From NCBI RefSeq assembly GCF_006345805.1, contig NC_043010.1:24614001-24678000 (forward strand): a stretch of 64,000 nucleotides of DNA, written 5' to 3'. The notes below the pieces were generated by a model. It did no database searches and had not been told where the DNA came from. It saw only the letters and a program-made list of their open reading frames with translations. Positions 1 through 12,363 of the stretch are shown here, piece by piece (the first letter of the stretch is position 1; the number at the start of each line of letters is the position of its first letter). The stretch comes from Octopus sinensis (taxonomy: Eukaryota). The position numbers were made by a program, and so were the translations under genes.

Positions 1-205
1 TGAGTGTGTATAAAAGAAGAAAATGGAGACTGGGAAGTTAATAATTGTTTATTATTAACAGCAAATTTATCATCTTCACTTAAAGCTGTTTCAATTAATA
101 CTCAGGAAATATTAAGTAAATATTAAATTTATATTTATATGATCTGAGCATAATATCTTCAGAGGGAAAATATACCCTTGGATGTTTATGGACTCAGCAT
201 AGAAG

Positions 206-266
<61 letters not shown>

Positions 267-480
267 GCTAGTGGGTATCAAAATATCCTAAATTAACCGG
301 AAACGTTTTCTGTGTGGCAAGCCAGTTATAGTTCAGACTTCTGCCGTTAAAAGTCACTTGATGCAACCCTCAGGCATCAGTCTGCCGACCGGCGGCATCC
401 GGTGTAGTCGTACTGTCAGGTGGTGCGTCTTTGTTTTGCAGTGCTTCTCCTCTGTTCGTCGATTTTTGCGATGACTGAAA

Positions 481-1378
481 CGAATGAACAACGTGTTTCA
501 GTGAAATTTTGTTTTCTGCTGGGGAAAACGGCGACCGAAAAAGTTATCATGCTTCAAACAGCTTATAAGGACGCTGCCATAAGCAAAACATGAGTTTACG
601 AATGGTTTTCGCTCTTTAAGGAATAGTCACTTGTTACTTGAAGACCACCTCGTTCAGGGTGGCAGTAGACCTCCCGAACCAATGTAAAGATCACAAAAAT
701 GCATGGCCTGTCGCCAAACAATTGACAAACTTATTGATATGACCTGTGTGTCATGAATCTCCTGCCAACGAATTTTCAGCGAGGAATTGCGAATGAAAAG
801 AGTTGCAGCAAAATTTGTACCTAATTTATTCACGGAAGATCAAAATCAGTCATGACTGAATGCGTGTTGTTAACTGAAAGAACAGTTAGAATTTTATCCA
901 GATCTCTTTTCGATGGTCATCGCTGGTGATGTAAGCTGGTGTTACGGCTACGACCCAGAAACGAAGCAGCAATCAAGTCAATGGAAGTATTCAATGTCAT
1001 TACACCTCCTAGAAAACATGTCAAGTGAAGTCTAATACGATGTTGATTTGTTTCATCGATCTCAAAGGAATTATCTGCACAGAATTTGTTACTCTTGGTC
1101 AAAACTTTTCACCTGATATCCTACTTGGAAGTTCTGAAGCGTCTGCGAGACGCGGTGAGACAAAAACACCCCGACCAGTGGCAAAGTGGAGAGTGGTGGT
1201 TTCATCACGACAATGCGCCTGCGCACATCGTCTTGAGTGTAAGACAGTTTTTGCCAAAAATGGTATGACCTCATTTACCCACCCTACCCTATTCGCCTGA
1301 TCTTGCTCCCTGCATCTCTTTTCTGTTTTCCCGAATGAAAGAAGTTCTTAAAGGAAAACGTTTTGCAGATGTAAAAAT
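481..1378 (+). mobile_element. Degenerate mariner (DD34D-type) transposase remnant
   Basis: Translated pieces: EQRVSVKFCFLLGKTATE (N-term, ~484), KGIICTEFV, LEVLKRLRDAVR..WWFHHDNAPAH, YSPDLAPC, LKGKRFADV. Many stops and frameshifts; 3' TIR not found. Confidence 0.85.
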
Positions 1379-2020
1379 GTACTGTTAGCAATTTAAACAT
1401 GTTGATTTCCTGTATTTATTGTAGATGTGTATATGTAGGCAGAATATTGTTGCTTATTGTTTTTGCGATGGGGAAGTAACATTTTAATTTTTTATTTTCC
1501 AATTTCTACTTTTCATTTTTATTTTTATTTTTTTATTTTCACATTTTTGATTTTTGATTTTGGTATTTTTCTATTTTCTGTTTCTTATTTTTCTAATTGT
1601 TATTTTTCTATTTTTAATGCTAGCCTACTTGATAAGCAATCGAGCTTCTTGACACTCAGTTCTCATTAAAAAAAGAAACGCTTGTGAACTCATTCACATA
1701 GGTAATCAGAAAGCATTTAGACCACATTTCAAGAGAAAGAAAAAAAGAAAACCAGAGGGACGTAAAAAACACTTAACATGCACTAACATAAACACCTGAG
1801 ATACTTAACATATGTAAACAAACAGATACCTTCAGAGCACTTAACATGGGAAAAGAAAACAGGAACAGATTGTTGAAACGTCAGTATCTTGCAGGAGACC
1901 GTACAGTGTTAGTCAATGTTTCCCATGTGTGTACGTATATATGTGAGTGTTTTTTTTTGTGTGTATACGTATATATACACACACATACGTACATATATAC
2001 ATATCTGCAAACACGTATAT

Positions 2021-2058
<38 letters not shown>

Positions 2059-2066
<8 letters not shown>

Positions 2067-2416
2067 GTTGTATACTGTCAATCTAACACGAACGTGACAG
2101 TAGGGGGGGGTCACCACTGCTGTTTAGCCCTAGGAAGCATCGACGCCTCCTGATGGCATTGACACATTTTTCCTGTGTCCTTATATACATTTACGAAGGG
2201 GAGACAAATATTTGTCTCCCCTTCGTAAATGTATATAAGGACACAGGAAAAATGTGTCGAAGCCAACAGGAGGCGTCGATGCTTCCTAGGGCTAAACAGC
2301 GGTGGTGACCCCGCCCCCCTACTGTCACGTTCGTGTTAGATTGACAGTATACAACCATTCTATCGCCCCATCAACGTACATGTCTCTACGAGAGATTTAG
2401 AAATTTAGTATTTCTG
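2059..2416. mobile_element. Foldback element family P1: ~305-bp near-perfect palindrome (2059-2363) plus 53-bp tail
   Basis: Arms atagaatggttg...gagacaaa / tttgtctc...caaccattctat centred at 2209-2210. Tail cgcc..cgtacat.tctctacgagagatttagaaatt is shared with the copy at 17449. Flanked by (TA)n. Confidence 0.8.
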
Positions 2417-2431
2417 ATATATATATATATA

Positions 2432-2740
2432 TAAAATTATAATTTAAGGTATCTAAGAGATACCACCACGCTGGAAATAGTAGTCAAAACTTGACTCTAA
2501 AACCACATTAAATGTTCACAGAGCAACAGGAGAGAAGGCATAGAGACAAAATAAACTAGCAAAAAAAATTCTGGATAATTACTGGTTTTAGAGTCAAGTT
2601 TTGACTGCTATTTCCAGCGTGGTGGTATCTCTAAGATACCCTAGATTATAATTTTAAATAATTATTACCTTTGAAAGGTTTTTATTCCCATGCTGGCTAC
2701 CTGATAATATCGGTATTTAAATATCGATCTTATCCATATT
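2432..2740. mobile_element. Foldback element: ~74-bp inverted arms (2432-2505, 2583-2656) plus ~85-bp tail
   Basis: taaaattataat...ctctaaaacca is mirrored by tggttttagag...attataatttta. The left arm abuts (TA)n and the tail ends in (TA)n. Confidence 0.7.
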
Positions 2741-2763
2741 TATATATAAATATATTTATATAT

Positions 2764-2817
<54 letters not shown>

Positions 2818-2849
2818 TATAGGAAAAAAGCAACAAGAATGGATTAAAA

Positions 2850-2937
2850 TCTCGGTACGATCGTTTCGTACGAGGACATCTTTAATAAGCTACAAAAAAT
2901 GCAGTGAATACAGATGGCTCGTACTCGTCAGCCGAAA
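2850..2937 (-). ncRNA. Type I hammerhead ribozyme motif (intact core)
   Basis: uuucgg-CUGACGA-guacgag..(~43 nt)..cucguac-GAAAC-gauc-GUA-ccgaga on the minus strand. Confidence 0.72.
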
Positions 2938-3776
2938 AGACATCAGAGAATTCCCAAACATCAAAAGGGGTAGATACAAAAGCGGTTGTAAGATTAACTG
3001 CATTGAAGAAAGTTCGATTCATGGAGATCCGATGAAAGGTTTTAAACTTATAGAATTTGTGCATGTCTACATATAGCTCATATTGAATTTTTAATCAAGT
3101 TGTGTGAGGAGATTTAGGGTACAATCATGCGAAAATATCAGGGAATCCGAATGAGAAGCAACTTGTGTCCATCCCCTTAGCTTCCCCTTTCCTTTCTCTT
3201 TGATAGCTTTAATAGCAGTAACTGATTAAATTCCACTTCCTTCCTCCTCTCTCTGTGATTCTTGTAAAGTTCATTAACAACCTGCACCTCTACAATATAA
3301 GACTGTCATTTTGCTTCTCATTCGGATTCCCTGATATTTTCGCATGATTGTACCCTAAATCTCTTCACAAAACTGGATTATGAACTATAAGGACATGCAC
3401 ATATTCTGTAAGTTCAAGACTTTTTATCGGATCTCCAAGAATCGAACTTATCTGCGATTCTTGTAAATTTCAATAACAATCTGTTCCTCTACACGATATG
3501 ACAGTCACTTTGCTTTTACTCAGACTTTCCTCTACATGATAAGGCAGTCACTTTGCCTCTTACTCGGATTTTCAGAAATTTTGCATGACTGTATCCGAAA
3601 ATTTCTTCACACAACTTGATTAAAAATTCAATATGAGCTATATGTAGACATGCACAAATTCTATAAGTTTAAAACCTTTCATCGGATCTCCATGAATCGA
3701 ACTTTCTTCAATGCAGTTAATCTTACAACCTCTTTTGTATCTACCCCTTTTGATGTTTGGGAATTCTCTGATGTTT

Positions 3777-3863
3777 TTTCGGCTGACGAGTACGAGCCAT
3801 CTGTATTCACTGCATTTTTGTAGCTTATTAAAGATGTCCTCGTACGAAACGATCGTACCGAGA
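3777..3863 (+). ncRNA. Type I hammerhead ribozyme motif (intact core)
   Basis: Stem I tttcgg(3777-82)/ccgaga(3858-63); CTGACGA 3783-89; stem II gtacgag/ctcgtac; GAAA 3846-49; palindromic C-GATC-G; cleavage triplet GTA 3855-57. Confidence 0.75.
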
Positions 3864-4010
3864 TTTTAATCCATTCTTGTTGCTTTTTTCCTATTTGTAA
3901 TCACCCCACTTGTCGTATGGGTAACACCATATAGATTTCCGGTGCATCCTAATTAAGGACCATATTCATGTGAATTCTTTAGAATTCACTTGAATCTCAA
4001 TTACTTAACC

Positions 4011-4089
<79 letters not shown>

Positions 4090-5189
4090 CATATTTACAT
4101 ATATATATATATATATCCATTCATACAGATTTAGTTATATATATGTTATTGTTGTTGCTGTTGTTGTTGTTGTTGCTGCTGCTGCTGATGCTGCTGATGC
4201 TGTTGTTGTTGTTGTTGTTGTTCTTGTTGTTCTTGTTCTTGTTCTTGTTATTGTTCTTCTTCGATTTTACTATAAGGTCAACCCAAACCCAGCCATCCTA
4301 CGGTCAAAGACATTCCAGCCGGCATTACGTTGTTTTGCATAACCTTTTGAATTTTGAGTCCGTGTGTATGTGTGCTTCTTTTTTAAAAATAGGTTCAGCA
4401 TGTAAGCCTCAGTTTTATGTTTATAGTGTCGGCCATGGTCCGTGTTGTTTATGATTTTCTCAAGGTAAGAATTCATTGATCTCGTTTCCTTTTTATTTGT
4501 TACGTCGTCCCAATGGTCTTTAGGGATAACTGAAAATCTTTTGTCAGCCATGTTTGCCTTTTGCCACAACTGTTTGGCTCTGAAGTTCGAATGGATGGTT
4601 TATTTTAGATCCTAGTAGTTCTTCATACTTTTCATGCAACCTATCAAGGGATCTTCCCAGACCTTTTTATAGAATTGATACAAATCTTTGTCCGATTCAA
4701 AGGTTCATGGCTGTTCCTCTCAATAGTTTAGTGACCTGCGACAGCTGACCTCAGTCTCCTGTTCAGCCACGGTTTATATTGTAGCAAAACCATTTCTTGA
4801 TTTTCAGTTAATTGATTACGGCCATGATAGTCTATAACAAAAGATGCCTATTCGTATTGATCCATAAAAATTAATTTTACGATAGGCTTGTATTAAAGTT
4901 AAAATTTCTAGGGGATGGTATTCATTACAGAACAACAAATATCCACTTTATGCCAACGCGACACATTTCGACGACATATTATGTATGTATGTATGTATGT
5001 ATGTATGTATGTATGTATGTATGTATGTATATATGTATGTATGTATGTACGTACGTATATCTCTTGTAATTTTTAATTATTATAAATCTTCCATTAAGGA
5101 GGGAGCCGGTTTCCAACAAAGGTTCAAGGCTTAATCATTGGGATGTAGTTAACACAGACAAATTCACATTTGGAACTTGCATATTTTTA

Positions 5190-5690
5190 CTGTTCCACTC
5201 ACTGATTGCACAAATTAGCCGGTCGATTTCTCTTTCTGAAAATCCTAGCTTATCCAGATTCTCCTTTAAGCAATTACTAACAAAACCTAATGCTACAATT
5301 ATTATTGGTATAAATATGAATTCATAGTCTAGATATAGAAGCTGGAGGTTTCTAAGCAGTTGTCCATAGATATCCTCTTTTTCTTTGATTTTCAAAGAGA
5401 TATTTATGTCTACAGGGCAGCTGACCATTATGATGGTACATACCTTTGCCCCTCTGTCCCAAGTAACAATATCCGATCTGATATGTTTACATTTGACAGA
5501 AATTTTGGTGGTAATATTCTACCAGTATTCCTTGAGTTTATGAATGTATTCCATAACAGAGTGATTTTCTAAGTTTACTTCAGGACTGTCTTTTTTGCAG
5601 ATGGCATATTGTAAATTGCTTTAGCAACAACATTGTTCTGCATAAGGCTGTAGTACCGTGACGACATTTTAGGATAGCTGCTAATCACAT
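5190..5690 (-). mobile_element. 3' remnant of an REL-endonuclease non-LTR retrotransposon (R4/Dong/NeSL-like)
   Basis: Translation RH..NNVVAKAI..SDIVTWDR..C.II.VSCPVDINISLKIKEKEDIYGQLL..IPIIIVALG matches the PD-(D/E)xK C-terminal pattern. Confidence 0.65.
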
Positions 5691-6314
5691 GTCTGATGTA
5701 TGTATGTATGTATGTATGTATGTATGTATGTATGTATGTATGCATGTATGTATATACGTATGTATGTATATACGTATGTATGTATGTATAGATATATGTA
5801 TGTATAGATGTATGTATGTATGAATGTATGTATGTATATATATTGGTAAGCCTTAAAAATAAACTTTGACTTCAGATCGTCTGATACAAAGCTTCTTCTT
5901 TCTTCTTTGACATATACAACGATGGTCTTTGCTCGTCAAACATAGTTGTTTTTGCATCTCCACTCTCACCATCTCAACACATTCGTTTCATTAGTTCTCT
6001 TCACAAATATTCTCCCTCCACCTCTTTCAGGTCCCACACTAACCACTATACCCTCACGTTTCTTCCCACATCTGTAATTGATTGATGTTTCTTTCTTTTT
6101 TGGTGGGGAGTTCGACAGCCTTCAGTTTACCCATATTTAAACTAAACAACACTTGTATCAATCGCGTACTTCAATGCAAGACATTAATGTAAAAATTAAA
6201 GGAAAACAGTATAATTTGCAAAATGCTGCTTTGTAACTCACAATAAGGTCAACAGTCAATTTGTTTAATTACAGTTGCGTAATGAGTCTCATTATGCATG
6301 TAATTTGGCTGTAA

Positions 6315-6685
6315 CAACAAGGCCAGCAAACTCGGAGTGGGCTGAGGGATAATCCGATTAGATCGACCCCAGTGCTCTCCGAAAGGATGAAAGTCGACAT
6401 CGGCAGCGGAATTTGAACTCAGAACTTGAAGACGGGCGAAATGCCGCTAACGACTCTGCCAGATCGCCGCCTGAAATATATCTCTATGTATTGGTTTTAA
6501 ATTTTGGTACAAGGCCAGCAAGTTCAGGGTAGTGGTGCTTAATACTTATCTAATCGCTCTCCGAAAGGATGAAATACAAAGTCAACCGCGGCGGCGGAAT
6601 TTAAACTCAGAACGTAAAGATGGATGAGATGTCCTTAATCGTTTTGCCCGGCGTGTTAACGATTCCTCCAGATCGTCGCCTTAAA
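6315..6685 (-). mobile_element. Two internally deleted copies of tRNA-derived SINE family 1
   Basis: Shared core gaaaggatgaaag..gtcgac..cggaatttgaactcagaac and head gccagatcgccgcc. Confidence 0.7.
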
Positions 6686-6729
6686 TACATATCTGAATAC
6701 TGAAATGAGATATTAGCAGTATCAGTTCT

Positions 6730-7010
6730 ATGAAATCGTCGCAGATAGAGCTCCGAAAAGCTCTATCTGCAACGATTTCATTTCAATCGAAGGAGAGGGG
6801 CTTTCTCCGTCCGGGTTGCGGATCCGTGGAATAAGCTGCCGGACGAGATAGTGAAGATGCCGACAACCGCTCGGTTCAAAGTCTCTCAGAAATGGCCTGA
6901 ACTCTTTTCATGAACACCTTCCCTGTACATAACTCCATGTCCCCCTACATGGCCTTGCTTTTGCTTTTTGAGCCAAAAAAATTAACTTAATTTAACTATC
7001 CCCGATCTCT
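6730..7010 (+). mobile_element. 5'-truncated 3' end of the CR1-group LINE at 8317-12560, with a 23-bp 5' snap-back duplication
   Basis: 6753-7010 matches the reverse complement of ~8340-8590. 6730-6752 is an inverted copy of 6759-6781. Confidence 0.85.
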
Positions 7011-7061
7011 AAGAATTCAATCATCATCATGCCGTTATATTATTGCAATGCAATGTATATT

Positions 7062-7377
7062 CTTTTCCACTCTAGGCGGTCGATTACGAAGGATGAAAGG
7101 CAAGGTCGACCTCGGCGGAATTTGAACTCAGAACGTAAAGGCAGACGAAATACCTATTTCTTTACTACCCACAAGGGGCTAAACACAGAGAGGACAAACA
7201 AGGACAAACAAATGGATTAAGTCCATTAAGTGCGTAACTGGTACTTATTTAATCGACCCCGAAAGGATGAAAGGCAAAGTCGACCTCGGCGGAATTTGAA
7301 TTCAGAACGTAGCGACAGACGAAATACTGCTAAGTATTTCGCCCGGCGAGCTAACGATTCTGCCAGCTCGCCGCCTT
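7062..7377 (-). mobile_element. SINE family 1, dimeric (junction B)
   Basis: A-box-like tggcagaa..ag and B-box gttcaaattcc; duplicated core; imperfect flanking repeat caatgcaat.tat.tt. Confidence 0.85.
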
Positions 7378-7782
7378 CAATGCAATATATATTGATGGAA
7401 TAAACTTAGATGGAATAAACTTAGGCGTATCTACAGAATGGGGTGAAAAGACTTAGAATAGGAAAGAGCGGAAAAGAGTAAATTTTACATATGGTTCATA
7501 TCTTTTAACAGAGTAAAAATTCTTTCAACCGCCTGGCCATTATCAAAAGTTTGATTCTGAATCAATACACAAAAACACAAAGCAGCATCCCCAAAACTGT
7601 TTCCATTCCCACTCTGATCAGATGCTGACATCATCGGCACAGGCTTGTCTGTGTGGCAAGAAGTTTGCTTATCAGCCACATAGTTCTAGATTCAGTACCA
7701 CAGCATGGAACCTTGATGGGTAGCCTCGGGCCGACCGAAGTGTTAAGCGGATTTGGTTGATGGATATTAAAGGAAACCCATC

Positions 7783-7846
<64 letters not shown>

Positions 7847-7847
7847 T

Positions 7848-8068
7848 CTGGGTTGGCCAAAGTCACCCGACAGTAAATTAAAATTTCATAAATACTATCT
7901 GTAATTCTGTATTGACTCGAATGGGAAAATGGCGTCGATCAAGGAATTCAGTTTCAACAATTTTCATGATGTTTCATTTTTTATTAAATTCATTCAGTTG
8001 TTAAACATAAATAAATCTTGGAATCAAATGGTTTTCATTTGCTGTCAGGTGACTTTTGGCCAACCCTG
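7848..8068. mobile_element. Tc1/mariner-type MITE
   Basis: ~27-bp TIRs ctgggttggccaaagtcacccgacag / ctgtcaggtgacttttggccaaccctg, set in TA-rich flanks. Confidence 0.75.
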
Positions 8069-8082
8069 TGTATATATATATT

Positions 8083-8314
8083 AGGACACCCTTTGGTCAT
8101 GAATAACCAAAGGATTGCACCTAGAAGGTTCCCCTCCGAGACACAAGTCTGGGTAAGTTTGTGTCTGGAAGACCAGTAGTCGCCTATGTATACTAGCCTC
8201 CTGTCTCCACGCAACCAATGTTATCCGAAGGAAAGATAAACGCCGCTACAGCTTGGCACCAGTGACGTCGCAACTCATTTCTACAGATGAGTGAACTGGA
8301 GCAACGTGAAATAA

Positions 8315-8316
<2 letters not shown>
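8083..8316 (-). mobile_element. SINE family 3, 3' part
   Basis: Reverse complement of 40125-40360 (gcaacgtgaaataaag, gtgacgtcgcaactcattt, ggtcatgaa). Confidence 0.7.
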
Positions 8317-8351
<35 letters not shown>

Positions 8352-8415
8352 ATTTGGCTCAAAAGCAAATAGCAAGGCCATGTAGGGGGACATGGAGTTA
8401 AGTACAGGGTAGTGT

Positions 8416-11285
8416 TCATATAAAGAGTTCAGGACACTTGAGGTCAAGGGAGGCTTTGAACAAAGCGGTCGTCGGCATCTTCACCATCTCGTCTGGCAGC
8501 TTGTTCCACGGATCCGCAACCCGGACGGAGAGAAAGAAAGCTCCTCTCCGATTGAGATGAAATCGTCGCAGGTAGAGCTTTTCGGAAATGACCCCGCAGC
8601 CGACGCTCTGGAGCAGGAGTGAAGAACAGCTCTTTCGAGAGGTCACTTCCGCTTCTGATGATGTGGGCGAGAATGAGATCACCACCGGCGGGCGGCGTTT
8701 TTCAAGAGAATAAAGGTCGAGCGTCCTCAGCCTTTCTTCGTAGGACAAATTTTTGAGACCATGAACCATGCGGGTAGCCAGCTTCTGGACTCTTTCGAGA
8801 TGCTGTATGTCTTTGAGGAGATAAGGAGAAGAGGCTTGAATCCCATACTCCAATATGGGTCTCACCAGCGTGACATAGAGTGGTAGGAATATGGGCTGCT
8901 GTGAGCATTCCGAATGACCGTCGAATCAAGAACAGAATTCGCGTGCTTTGTTGGCAGCATGGACGCACTGGGCCGAAGGCGAAAAGGAGGAATCCACCAA
9001 GATACCCAGGTCCTTTACCTGATCGGTCCTCTCCGCAGCAGACGACCCGGCTCCAAATCAAGTTGAGTTGTGCAGGAGGAGAGCCAACAGGCAGATGACA
9101 GCACTTTGACACGTTCAGACACAGGTCCCAATCGTTAGACCACTTCAAATTTGGTGGAGGCATCGACGAAGATCCTCTATATTACCGCGAGGAGCGAGCC
9201 AGTTTGATATCGTCGGCAAATAGAAGGGTGTGTTGCGTGAGGTCGTCGGGCAAGTCATTTATGAAGACTAAGAACAACAAGGGCCAAGCACTGAACCTTG
9301 AGGCACGCCACTGCTGCTGCTCGCACTGGAGACGTCGGACACCGCGAACCATTAACTTGGACTTGGAAGGAGCGATCTGAGAGGAAGGCACCAACCATCG
9401 TACAATATCCGGATGGAAACTATATGCTTGAAGCTTGACAATTAATAGGCGGTGGTTTACCGAGTCAAAAGCTTTGGCAAAGTCCAATAAAACGATGTCA
9501 ACAGCATCACTATCATCGAGGATGCGCGTCACCAATTCTTCCATTACTAGTAAGTTGGTCAAGCATGATCTCTTCGGCACGAAACGTGTTGGGAATCAGA
9601 GATAGAGGCTATGTTTAGGAGGGTGGAGCATCATACTTTTCTTAAGGATGGTTTCGAACATCTTGCTGATTATTGATGTAAGGGAAACCGGTCGGTAGTT
9701 AAGCGGGTCTTCGCGGCTCCCTTTCTTGAAAATTGGGCAGATTATCGCTGTTCTCCAGTCTGCAGGTATAACACCCGTCGCCAATGACATATTGAATAGT
9801 CGTGTTAAGGGCTCGCAGATGACCGGAGCCAACGCTTTGATAACCCGTGGGTGTATGCCGTCAGGGCCGTGACCCTTGTTGACATCGAGGCCTTGAATAA
9901 CACGTTTGACTTCGTCCGCGTGATGATGACCAATCGAAGCATTGGAGGTACCGATCTATCAACTGGAGGGGGTTCACGACCATCATCTTGTTTGAAAATA
10001 GTTGAAAAAGCCTCGGCAAATAATTGACTCTGTTGATAAGGGTCCTCAATCGATACGCCTGTTGAGCCTACCAACGTTGCAATCTGGTTGTTTAAGCGGG
10101 AATTCCGCTGGACATGGGCAAAGAAGGTTTTTGGATTGCTACTGGCATTTGCCGCGATTTTGTATTCATAACTGAAGCGTTCTTTCTTTTCAATTTTCAC
10201 GGCTCGGTCTCGTTGAGTTTTGTACACCTCAAAAGCTGCAGTCGAATCCAGATTTTTGAATTCAGCCCCAGCAATATCTCTGAGTCGACGTTCTCGTTTA
10301 ACCTTCTTCGTCACCCAGGGCTTGTGTTTCTTCTTGGGAAGCCCAACGGGAACTGCTTGGTCAGTCAAACAGATTACATATGCTTTGAGGGATGACCATA
10401 GTTCGTCAACTGAGGACAACGTCATCAGGGATCGCCAGTCCAGAAGCGCGGAAGCCTCGGTTAGAATTTCAAGATTAATTGCAGAGAAGACTCTACGTGG
10501 CAGCGAAGTAGTCGTGGGCGTAGAAAAAGTTGTGTGCATGACGAACTTCAGGACCGCATGATCACTCTTGGCAAGAGGGGCGCACACAGATACGTCTGAC
10601 ACTGATCTTGGATAGCGGGAGAATACCAGATCTAGCATAGATGGCTGCTGCCCAGACCGATGCCTTGTCGGATATTCAACATGTTGCGATAGAAAACAAT
10701 CTTCAGCCACGTCAACAAGGGCCTGGCCGAACCGGAAGATGTTGTACAAATTGATGCGGGCCAATCGATCGTGGGAGCGTTGAAGTCTCCTAGTACCAAA
10801 CAGTCATGCGAAGCTGAAACGAATCTTATCGCTTCGAGTAAATGAGCATCGTCCTGGGGGTCGGCAAGAGGCGGCCTGTAGACAGCCAACACGGGCAGGC
10901 AAAACTCAGATAGGCTCAGCTTGCAATAGACGGCATCGAATTTTGTTGTAGGTTGAGCATTAGTGGGTAGAATACCGCTGGACGGTTTGTGCTCAGACTT
11001 AACATACACAGCAACACCTCCACCTCGCCTTTTTCCTCTGTCACATCTGAAAAGGACGTAGCCCTGCAGGTGGATTTCTGAGTCCTTTACTGCTTGAGTC
11101 AGCCAAGTCTCGGTGATAGCTATCACATCAGGGGAGTCACGTATGGCCAGTGTAAATAGTTCACTGAACTTTGGGAATAAGGAGCACGAGTTGGTGTAGA
11201 CGATGCTGAGCTGTGAAGTCTGAGGGGCGGGAGTTGGGGAACAAGCAGAATAAGGGGTATCAAGTTCACTTCGATTTGCCCTCAC
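8416..11285 (-). pseudogene. LINE ORF2: apurinic endonuclease plus reverse transcriptase, several frameshifts
   Basis: YTN..ITETWL..RGGGV..YRPP..GDFN..LDL..SDH (APE); YRPVSLTS, DFAKAFDSV, LFADDIKL (RT); RPILEY..ERVQ..YSLEKRR. Confidence 0.92.
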
Positions 11286-12363
11286 ATCACTTTCCCTGTC
11301 AGCACTACAGCATGGGACCAGAGGTAGGACTTGATTATCTGTCCATCTTGGATTCGTAAACCCTTCTCTCCCATTTGTTTCCTCATCTTTAGTTCGGATA
11401 TTAGGTTTCTCCGGCGAATTCTCTCTCTTAGTGAGTATTCCTCGCGAAAACCCATATTGGGGTCCTCCCAGGCATGCGTCTGAGCTCTGTTCAGAAAGAC
11501 TGAAGTCTCCCGATCGGAAGAAAAGATTACCCTTATTGGGCGTGGTCTAGTATCTGAGGTTGGGTTCGCTTGGAATCTTCCTAGCCGAGCGACCTTATGG
11601 ACACTGACATTTTCGTTCACAGAGAACAATTCTCCAACTAAAATGGAAACAAAATTAATGTCATCTTTTAGGCGGTTTATGCCTGTATCACAGGTGGATT
11701 CAGCTTTACCATAAATTATTGCTGATCTTGAGTGGGCAAAATGTTCTCTACTATGAGCTGCGGTATTCGATTCTTCATTGGAAGATTTCGAAAGGGTGGT
11801 TTCATAGCCATCGGACTTATGTCGGCCTGTGGGGTCGATCGGAATGGGTTTAGTGGTCATAATTTTCCCGCCTGGTTTGGAACTGCACTGCCTCTTCTCC
11901 GGTTTGGGGGAGCACCACTCCCCAGATGAACTCATATCGAGATCGTTCAGAATTGGTTGAGCAATGGCATTAATGGGAAGGACAAGTGAGGGAGAATCCA
12001 AACAGATTTTATCGTGATCAGGTTTCATCTGCCCCACTGGAGTTTTGACTACGTTTCTTCTTTTGGGGAGAACAACGGTCTTCAGGAACGATCATGTGCA
12101 GAAACGACCGCCGGTTCCTTCGCCTTCTTTGGCCGCTTCAATTTTGTTCCCTTCGGATTGGACGTCTCCAGGGAAGAAATCAAGGGTGACTCTGCGTCAA
12201 CAGGAGACTGTTTATTCAGTAAGAGAGCAACAACAGACTTTAGGTGCTCGACCTCTTGTTTGAGCAACAGCAACTGCTCGTTGAGCTGACTTTTGGTAGG
12301 ACCATCATCTTGATGAGAAGCCCTTCTTGCAGATCTCAGTTTCGATCCGTAGGTAGCTGACAT
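11282..12363 (-). pseudogene. LINE ORF1 (coiled coil plus RRM-like domain), frameshifted
   Basis: LNEQLLLLKQEVEHLK coiled coil; SAIIYG..RLGR..RPRPIRV..EEYSLRERIRRRNLISELKMR..GE..LRIQDGQI. Confidence 0.75.

Larger units (their letters stand above)
2819..4011. mobile_element. Penelope-like foldback element with ~340-bp inverted arms, an internal diverged ~200-bp tandem unit and a ~115-bp tail
   Basis: 2819-~3155 is the reverse complement of ~3555-3894. Each arm carries a hammerhead motif. The tail 3895-4011 is homologous to 39920-40016. (TA)n on both sides. Confidence 0.8.

Noticed and set aside
4270-4830. Moderately GC-balanced segment with a 99-aa minus-strand ORF
   Set aside because: No recognisable domain motif in any frame; possibly a decayed transposon fragment but unassignable.
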